This document shows, piece after piece, positions 53,827 through 64,000 of a stretch of DNA of 64,000 nucleotides (positions are counted from its first letter, which is position 1; every line of letters begins with the position of its first letter). The position numbers and the translations under genes are program-made. The stretch is from Octopus vulgaris (Eukaryota): NCBI GenBank assembly GCA_951406725.2, contig OX597815.1:99758001-99822000 (forward strand). Direction: 5' to 3'. The notes beneath the pieces are model-generated. The model searched no databases, was not told the DNA's origin, and saw nothing but the letters and a program-made list of their open reading frames with translations.

Positions 53827-55028
53827 GCACATAATCCATATAACTGGTCATCTGTACCAATTTTATTTTCGATGCCATCTCATTCAAAATTTCCGTGTGA
53901 AAATTTACGTTGTATTTGCGGTTTGATATATTATAGTGACATGTGTTTAAACCTGTATCAAAGGTGTGCTCTTACATCGTGTTCATTGTGCACGTCCACA
54001 TGTGCGTATATTGTATAATATTCTTTATACCGAAGTATTTGTATTAATTTATATCATTAAAAGCTAAGCTAATATTCTCAATTGCATTGTTGCAAATAAT
54101 TGTGAGAAGTGATAAAGCTTGTAATCAATAAGAAACTTCGTCATTAAACATATAATTCACTATTGATAAGTTGTTCTCTAAACAAAAGGATTAAAGTCTA
54201 TTCAAATCGGTGGTTAAATGTATGTGGAATCAACATAATAGTAGAGTAGATATCAATCATGAATAAATCAACGCCTTTCTCTGGTAAAATAGTGAGAGGA
54301 TTTTCCTCTAAAACAGTGATTCTCAACTGAAGTCCACCAAAGATCTTGTTAAAATTTATGTAAATATATTGCTTATACTTATGCAATACAGAAAATGTTT
54401 AATTTTTTTAATACAATTCCTAACAAAATTTAATCATAAAAATACAGTAGGATTTTTGTTATACACAATGAATCGCTAGGCAAAAAATGGCTTAGAATCA
54501 CAGCTCGGGAAGAAAGAATTTGTTTTGTGTCTTTCTTCAATATACATGTAGTTGACTATACATATGCATATGTTGTCGAGAAATAAAATCTCTTTTTTAT
54601 TCAACAACAAAAAAATTCAGGTCCTTTGTGAAATGCATGCTAAGACAAAATGACACTGATGAACATGCACAACAACACAATAAAAGCAAACACACACTCC
54701 TAAAATTCATGCATACATATATATGTGTGTGTGTGTGTGTATATATAGAAATACAAGAAACGGACCAGACGGAGAATGCACACATAGAATGCCACTATAT
54801 CCTCATCAGTTGTCCAAAGGATCATAACAATTTAACGCCTTTGTTTGTATGTATGTATATATATATATATATATATATATTGGTCGAGTTGGCATCTTGC
54901 TACTCTGAGTTTTACCTGTAGACACGCAAAATCTTCAGGCCAGTCGTCAAACTTCGAAGAAAATGAAATATCATTAATTTTGACCATGCAAATAAGGAAT
55001 CTTTTTTATCAGACAGTTAATACTATTC

Positions 55029-55077
<49 letters not shown>

Positions 55078-56480
55078 CATGTGTGTGTGTGTTTATGTAT
55101 ACATGTGTGTAAAGATGTACACCTACACATATAATATAGTAGTTAAAGGTTAAATGCTATACGTGTACGCCTGTAGGATTTTCTCAAGTATACATATTAA
55201 AGATTTCCTAAGGAAAAATCAAGTGTACCAGGGAAGCATTTAACCTTTATACCAAATTATGTATATGTAAGTGTATGTATGTGAGAGAGAGAAAGAGAGA
55301 AAGTGTGCGCATGTGTGTTAGAGAGAGAGAGAGAGAGAATGTGCGTGTGTGTGTGTGTAAGAATACAAGTGGAGTTCAATAATTCACAACGGCTGTTTCA
55401 GCTGCATATTTTATTGAGGAATACTTCGATTACTTCGATTGCATCATGGGAATAATCTGCTATCGTCAAGTAATTTTAAGCAGATAACCATTTAGATATA
55501 TAGAGAGAATTTGAGTTGACCAGTTTGCTAAGAGTTTAGCGAGGTGAGTGAATTTGCTAATAGCACACTTGAATTGAAAGGTATAGAGATCAGAAACTCT
55601 AAAATTTCAAAGATCTTTATCACAATTATTTATGGATGCAGTAGGGACAACAGTTAGACATTCTGTTAAATAATGAAAAGGAAAGACGGAAAGAAAGAAG
55701 TGTGACGAAGAATTGTCTTCCCAAACCTACCCTAGATAACCGAAGTTTGTACTTGCGTCATATATCCTGCATCTGTTTAAATGCTTTACTATAAATAATA
55801 CGTACATTACACAAACACACACACGTACGTACGTACGCACATTCACACATACACATACACAAACCTGTTTAACAATGAATTGACTTATATATGCACATGC
55901 AAAAAATACATTTAAAAATTACCTATATACATACTCGTGTACTTGTATACCCCTGCATATGCAAACACGCACACACACAAATACACATAGTCACGCATAT
56001 ATATACTTATACATATATACATATACATAGACACACATACATATACATATACACATATACAACTTTCTGCAGGTACTCACACATATATAGATTTGGTTTA
56101 TATGTATGTACATATAAACGTATGTATTTCCCAATAATACATTCCTTATTCTAAGTACTATTCACAAATATCCACATACATATATACATACATAACTACA
56201 CATGCATTCATACAAACACACATATGCATATATATATATACACATATATATAATACATTTATATATACATATCACACACCCCACCGTATATATATATATG
56301 AATATACATACATATATATATATATAGTGAGAAGTTGAGGTTATAAGAAATAATGGTGTCATTGAGACCCAAAGGTGTCAAGTAATGCTGAATAAGTGCT
56401 ATAGACAGACCATAGTTAAGTTCCAGATTCGGTAATTTTGTGAATAAAGGATTCAACGTTGGTTCTATGACAGCGTGTAT

Positions 56481-56622
56481 ATATAAGAATTTTTTGCGTA
56501 ATGAGATAAAAAAAAAAAACAAGGCTGTGTAGACATTAGAACATTTATAGATAGTTCTATAGATGTTCTAATGTCTACACAGCCTTGGTTTTTTTATCTC
56601 ATTTCGCAAAACGTTCTTATAT
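56481..56622. repeat. Hairpin: ~65-70-bp arms, 6-nt loop (56551-56556)
   Basis: CAAGGCTGTGTAGACATTAGAACATTTATAG atagtt CTATAGATGTTCTAATGTCTACACAGCCTTG. Confidence 0.93.
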
Positions 56623-58222
56623 GTATATATATCCTATGTACTCACGTATATCGCGCTCGCATATATAATGTATGTATAACAAAATAACATAAAACTTATA
56701 AAGCATGTAGCACATAGGAGATAAACCAAACGGTTACTTATAAAAATAAATTATAAAATATATAATATGAAATATAAAATCAGGATTAGTGGGTGTTGTA
56801 TGAAAAAGACAAAAGACAAACTTTACCAGTGAAGTCATGTGCTTTAGTATGTAATCAACGACTAATAAGATGAAGATTTAAAGAAATACTAAGAATCGCA
56901 AAATATAGGAGAATATGACAAATTATTGAACAGGCTTGAAGGTAGCAAATGTACGATAGATGTTATGTAAACACCCTAGCCGTAGTTCTCGCGTTTCATT
57001 AAACAGGTTACTTGGATATTTAAAGATCTCATTTAATGCCGTCCAACAATGGGTATGCCCATATCTTTCACTTAAGTATGGCGATGCCTTTCCAGTTAAT
57101 ATCGAAGTGAATTTTCCTTTAATTTTCCTTTAATTTTCACAATCCTCTGAGAGGAGTCTGTGGATTACTGACGCTAGTAAAGGGTTTGGTTACCTACGGT
57201 ATGTTTGTAAAGATAAGTCTTCATCTCAGTTCCTCTTGCTTTTTCTGCTTCTTTTCCATGTTATTATAGAATGTCTACTATGGTCCCCACTAGACACATA
57301 AATAATTATGATAACGATCTGTGAAATTTGATAGTTTCTAATCTCTGACCCGAAAGTGTTAACGACACCCCATTAAATTCATATTTTCTACAAGCAAGTT
57401 CAATTTCTTGTTGCACACTTAGCAAGCTGGTTAATTCAAATTCTCTACATATTATCTATATGATAATTTGCTTAAAATCACTTGATGGTGGAAGAATATT
57501 TTCATGATGTAGTAGAAGAAATCGAAGTATTCATCAATAAAGAAAATGCTGATAAAACAGATAGGAAATTTTAAACTCCTCTTCTGTTCCTCTTTTACAC
57601 AAACGCCATTCCTGGAACCCCGAGGCTAGATCTTCAACTTACATCAGATAGGGTAGCTATGTGTATATATATATATATATATATTATATACGCGCGTACA
57701 TATGAATGTGTGTGTGTGTGAGTGTATGAGTGCGTGAGTATGTATGTAAGTGTAAGGTTCGATATATATATAATCAAGGTATCTTTGATTATATATATAT
57801 ATTTACAGTCGCTTGGATATTTACCACTTCTGAGTTTCCGGTCGCTATGAGACATATGTAGCCCGTATCCTATCTATTCCATTCCTTAACTCTTGTATTC
57901 TTAGTCGCACACCCAGCAACGCTGTTTGCCTGCCGTGAAATATGAAAAAAAAAAACTTTTTTCAGTTCCTCGTAATTCGATAAAACAAAATATCCACAAG
58001 TTTTCGTCTCAATAAACCACTATTGCCCATGAAAATTGTTTTTTTTTCATTTACTACGGTTTAATTTACTAACTTTCTTCCCAAACCTCGATCCTTGGTC
58101 CTTGGATGTTATATATATATATATACTTAATCATATCAAAGGGAAATGGAATTAATTAAAATGTTCATTTCCAGTGGCCTAACGTGTAGCAATTTAGTGC
58201 AAAGACTATGTATTAGTCATAA

Positions 58223-58437
58223 AATACAGTGTACATTTAAACACATGAGAAATCTACTCGTGAGATTCAATACGCTAAAAAGAATAGCTAGGTTCATAAC
58301 CACATATTTAGGGATAAAATTCGACAGGAAAGAAATGAAAAAATAAAAACATTTTAACATCTAGTTTCCTAGCCGTTCTTTCAAGCGTGTTGAATCCCAC
58401 GAGTAGATTCCTCATGTGTTTAAATGTACACTGTATT
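58223..58437. repeat. Inverted repeat, 70-bp arms (58223-58292 / 58368-58437), next to (TA)n
   Basis: AATACAGTGTACATTTAAACACATGAG.. versus ..CTCATGTGTTTAAATGTACACTGTATT. Confidence 0.92.
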
Positions 58438-58466
58438 ATATATATATATATATATATATATAAGTA

Positions 58467-59732
58467 TTGGGTTGGCAACTAAGTTCCCGCCGTTTTTTGA
58501 AATTTTGGAATTTATTGCGTTTTTAAATTTTGGAATCTATTTTTTTAGAGAATTCTGTTTTTGAATCATTTTGGAATCTATTTTGGTTGGGGGTTTTTTT
58601 TCTAGTTAATTTTAGTTAATTTTTTATATTTTCACGCATTTTCGGTACCTCCTTCTTTTTACTTTCAATCAAGGCTCTAAGGCCGCAAAAGCTGCTCACA
58701 ATATTTGTGCTATGTATGGAGAGGGTGCCATAGCAGAAAAAAACGCTTGTGATTGGTATGTCAAGATCAAAACTGGAAATTTTGACCTGAAAAACGCATA
58801 TCGTTCTGGCCGTCCAGTTGAGTTCGATGAAGAGCGATTAAAACAAATTTTGCACGAAAATTCTCGTCAAACGACAAGGGAACTGGCAGAGAAAATGGAA
58901 TGCTACCACACTGCTATAGAGAAGCATCCTCACTCGATGGGAAAGATTCAGAAGTATGGAGAATGGGTTCCGCATGCTTTAAGTGACAACAACAAAAGCC
59001 AACGAGTCACAAACCCCGCTGGTTTGCATACACGTTACCGCTCAACTCATGGACACAAGCAACGATTTTTTTACCGAATCGTTACTGGTGACGGAAAATG
59101 GTGCATGTACATCAATATGAAGCAGTGTAAGGAATGGCTAAGCCCCAATAAACAAGCAACTTTGCCCGTGAAACAAGATCTTCATCCGCGTAAAACGACT
59201 TTGTGCGTATAGTAGGACTAGAAAGAGATTATCCATTACGAATTGCTTGAACGGAACCAAACGGTCAACGCAGAACTCTATGTTTAACAGATGGAACGAC
59301 TTCACACGGCTATTCAAGAGTAAGGATCTAATCGGCAGCATGGGGTTCTTCTGCTGCACAACACCGCCTGACCTCAAATCGCCAATATGACAAAGGAAGC
59401 CATTCATAAGCATGGGTGGGAAGTGCTACTACACCCGCCGTACTCTCCTTGTTTGGCACCAACGGATTTCCACCTCTTTCGATCTCGTTCAAATGCTAAG
59501 TGACGAGTTTCGTTCAATACTGATGCAGAATTAAGCGCTTGGTTGGATCAATTTTTCGAGTCGAAATCGGATGATTGATAGCAACGAGGTATTGAAAATC
59601 TTGTTGAACGTTGGACAGATGTGGTTAGCAACAAGGGTGAGAGCATTATTGATTAATTAGTTGTTATTTTCTATTAAACTTTTAAAAAAATTTAAATTTA
59701 GAAAAGCGGTGGAAACTTAGTTGCCAAACCAA
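58467..59732 (+). mobile_element. Full-length (1266 bp) mariner, mellifera-like TIRs, inactivated transposase
   Basis: TIRs TTGGGTTGGCAACTAAGTT / AACTTAGTTGCCAAACCAA with TA on both sides; RSGRP, WVPHAL, RIVTGDGKW, HPPYSPCLAPTD motifs; several stops. Confidence 0.95.
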
Positions 59733-59734
59733 TA

Positions 59735-59918
59735 TATATAAGTATATATATGTATTTATAAGTATACATTTATTCAAGTATATATATACATATATATGTA
59801 TATACATGTATATATATATATCAATATATATATGTATATATACATATATATAAGTATATATATATGTTTGTTTGAAGCTAACGTTCTTCCCATACCTCGA
59901 TACTTGGCACTTGGATGT

Positions 59919-59974
<56 letters not shown>

Positions 59975-60189
59975 GTATATATAAAAGTATATATAAGTAT
60001 ATATATGTATATATATATAACTATATCGATGTATATATACTTATAGATATATGTATATATATATAAGTATATATATATATATATATGCATATATATAATT
60101 GTATATATAAGTATACGTATATATAACTATATATAGGCATATATATATATGTATTTATATATAAGTATATATATATATGTATATATATT

Positions 60190-60221
<32 letters not shown>

Positions 60222-60254
60222 GAAGTATATATATGCATATACATATAAGTAAAC

Positions 60255-60305
<51 letters not shown>

Positions 60306-60393
60306 CATGAGTATATATATATATATAAGTGTATTTGATAGAGATAGTAAGACAACAAAAATATATATAAATATATATACATATATATATGTA

Positions 60394-60430
<37 letters not shown>

Positions 60431-60805
60431 GTATATATTATATATATATATGTATACTATATATATATATACATATCTATATTATATATATGTATATATA
60501 GGTATACTTATATATATAAGAATATATATGTATATATATGTATATATAAGTATATATTATATGTATTTATATATGTATATGTATAAATATGTATATATAT
60601 ATATATGTAACTATATATAAGTATATATATATACTTATATATATATATGTATATATAAGTATACATATATATAAGAATATATATGTATATATAAGTATAT
60701 ATATATGTATTTATATATGTATATGTATAAATATGTATATATATATATATATAACTATATATGTATATATGTATATATACATATATATATAAGTATATAT
60801 ACGTA
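59735..60805. repeat. Degenerate (TA)n-derived cryptic minisatellite (TATAAGTATATATATG-like units)
   Basis: About 1 kb almost entirely A/T; the same unit recurs at 61585-61900. Confidence 0.9.
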
Positions 60806-60807
60806 TA

Positions 60808-61555
60808 TACGAGCAAAACGCCCCCTTCCAATGGACGGTGCTAAGTTCTCAAATATTTAAATCAAATTTTCTCAAAGCAATTTGTCCGACCGTCCCTTAG
60901 GCCTCCCCTTTGAGAAACACTGATTTAACCTAAATGTGAGACACCAGCAAAAGAAGAAATAAAGATAGACTTTTATTTTATATTGCAAAGAAAAAACGAT
61001 TTTATTCACAGAAATATGCAACCAAAGAGTTTATAGTACCAGTAATGATAAGGCTTTTGACTGGAAGAACAGTTCTTTTCATTAAAAATTAATTAAGCAT
61101 GCTTTTATTTCAATTAAATTTTTGCTTTTGTTAAACGAAGCTAAGGCAAAAAAGAAAACTTCTTGAGAAAGCAGACAGTCTTTCCTTCCTTCATGCCAAG
61201 TTTGAAGAAAATATCTCTTTTGCATCTTACTTTTTTGGTCTCTTAAATATACTGCATTTTGTGGCATTATTTCAAGCCAGCCGGCTTTTTTGGCGCAAAC
61301 TGCACATGCATTTTTCTCGCGTACGCGTAGTATCGATCGCAACAGCTGATGTACTTGCGCGTACAAATGCACGTTCCCACAGCTTTATCGATCGCATTCT
61401 TACCTGGAACCGATTCTTGTAATTTTTTCAAGACTTATACACGCCCTGATACCGTCGGTATCTACATATCAAATTTGAGCGCAATCGGATGGAGGATGCC
61501 CGAGATCCTCGAAGACACGCACACAGACAGACAGAACGGATTTTATATAATAGAT
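60808..61555 (+). mobile_element. Non-autonomous Helitron/Helentron-type (HINE/DINE-1-like) relic
   Basis: 3' core CAAATTTGAGCGCAATCGG, then (ACAG)n and terminal TTTTATATAATAGAT, an architecture typical of DINE-1/Lep1-like elements; sits in a TA-rich array. Confidence 0.55.
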
Positions 61556-64000
61556 ATATGAGTTTTGTATAATGAGTTTGTATTAATTTATATATACATA
61601 TATATATAAGTATATATATGTATATATATACATAAGTATATGTATTTATGTATACATAAATATAAGTATATATATGTATATATATAAGTATATATATGTA
61701 TATATGTACATATAAGTATATATATATATATATATGTATATATATGTATAAGTATATATATGTATATAAGTATATATGTGCATATATATATGTATATATA
61801 TATATATGTGTATATATGCATGTATATATGAGTATATATATGTGTATATATATATGTATATATATATGCATATATATAAGTATATATATATATATGCGTA
61901 TGTTTCTCTGCATGTACTCAAATACCTTGAACCTACTACGCGACTGTAGGTATTCGTATGTCAATATATTACATAATCATTAGACACAGTAAATATGGCG
62001 TTTGGATTTTAGTCATGAGTCCAGATTTACTCTTCCCTTAATTAAATATTCTTCCCTTAATGAAGACCACTCTTGTCTCATATCGATTTAAAAGCTCTGT
62101 TCTTACCTGATTATCATCTCTTCTGATGTATGAATATGGGGATCGCTGTCGACGGAAAAGTTTATGATAAAACTATGTTTTTTTCACAAATTACCATCTG
62201 TACATCGGAGAGCCTCAATAAAAGTCTATTGCGTAATTGTAAATTCTCAAGTCAAATAAATAGGAAAATGAAACACGGAAACTAAGATTGGTGAGTAGGA
62301 TAAGAACATATTCATGAATGATCGATTGTCGTTCGCGCTAAAGCACTGGACTCTGCTTAATGAAATTGTCCCGGGTTTTGGCGTTCTGAATTCAAATCCC
62401 GCCGAGATCAATTTGCTTCAAATCTTCTCAGATTGACAATTAACAAAATAAGATATCAATGAAGTAAGGGGCCGACCTTACTTTTTGTTCCTCTCTCTTC
62501 CCTTTTCTATCTAAACATACGCGTTACTATAAGAAGCAGCGAGCGTGCAAGTCAAAGTTTTCCTTTCCACCAAGACATTTATTTTCATTCTGAAAAAAGT
62601 TTGCCATAAAGATTGTTGCAGAACATAACATGTAGTGATTATGATGGTGAACGTAATACAACTTGTGCCAAAAATTCGTCATACTTTGGATGAAAATATC
62701 GCCACATTATATTCACTTTCAAAAAAAAAATAGCAATATTATCTTTTACTCTTTCACGTCATTAGTCGACGTAAACGCTTTGGTATATATATATATATTA
62801 AATTTACACTTTGTTGCAGCCTCCTCAATGCCAGGAAAGGGAAATGAGTTGCTTGTCAATCATCATCTTCATCATCATCATTATCTCCACCAGCACCAGC
62901 ACCAGCATCACCAACACTAAAAACAACACCATAAACGCCACCAACATCAACACTGTACTACTCTACTTTCAACTGTTTCATATGAGTCTCTACAGCAGCA
63001 ACGGGTGGCCCTCTTACCTCTGATGTCTATGCAGTATCGGCTCTTAACTGTGTAGAATTTTAAAATTGTAGTTATTAAAATACTTATTTTTCACAGAGAT
63101 GAAGAGAAGGGTGATCTTACTGAGGAGTATAATGGCCCCAGTATATGACTGATATTTTATTTTCTAGAATCCACTGTCGGATAAAATATTTTTAAAAATT
63201 TATAATATAAACAACATAAATAAATTTCGCAAGACATTCTATTCACCACTTCCAGCTTCGAGCATTCACAGGGAATAATAAAAGCGACCAAATATTTTGA
63301 AAGTACTCAGTTTTGTTAATTCTATTCTTTCTATTTGGATAATAAATGTTCATTGGTTGTATCATATATTGCATTACGACAACGATACTCGTTTATTTCA
63401 TTTGCAGTGTTAATATTTAAACTTTAGTCGATTTATATTAATATTTGAAGTATTATGCTATAAATGACTCAATTGAAAAATTTAATTAAATTTGGTCAAA
63501 ATGACATTCAGTTAATTAAACCCAAATGAATTTCATTGGACCAGAATCCCTTTAATTAAACTGATATATTATATATTTGTGTTAAGCTAATTATTATACA
63601 ACAGATTATAACATTCCAGTGATATTATTGTTAAAATTAATTCGCATTTGAGAGAAATTAATTTCGTCGTCATCATCAAGATGCTTCTAAGATGTTACTC
63701 TTTCTGTCTCTCTCACTTGAATGCTCTTAAATCTAAATTGTATGTCCTCAGAGAGAATTTATACATCAATTTGGTTTCCTTCCCAATCAGAGCCCATCAA
63801 GCCTTTTTCGAAAATCCGTATATTCTCAGAGGAGTAATTATATAATTATGTGTTAAAACATGTTCATAATGTCTGTCAAAAATATGTGGAGAGATAGAAA
63901 CCATATAAGCGACTTCTTTACATAATGAGAGAATGTTTCCATGAGTTTTCTCATATTTGTTTACTAAGTTTATTCATTGGATTGTCACCTTCATGCTCGA

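Overview
AT-rich, microsatellite-dense animal DNA. It is most likely octopus/coleoid cephalopod, inferred from the SINE families and the (TA)n/(CA)n/(TACA)n load. No recognisable host protein-coding gene is present, and nearly all ORFs in the supplied track are translations of simple repeats. The window is an intronic or intergenic transposon graveyard. It contains about 20 tRNA-derived SINE copies of at least three families, a young 5'-truncated Dong/R4 LINE in (TAA)n, and CR1-group, HERO and Penelope-like (PLE) fragments. It also has three mariners, a Tc1-type relic, a fold-back MITE with an 8-bp TSD and a Helitron/Helentron-type relic. The most striking signal is a recurring class of short fold-back (palindromic or inverted-repeat) elements, mostly beside microsatellites, many carrying minimal type-I hammerhead ribozyme motifs (11853-13018, 34485-35118, 35274-35672, 53318-53450, 58223-58437). 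One of these is a ~400-bp loop-less palindrome whose symmetry axis falls at the ribozyme core. A few candidate exons and regulatory islands (32490-32640, 36489-36593, 41930-42300, 46721-46732) hint at a large + strand host gene, but this is unproven. All calls were made by eye, without database searches.
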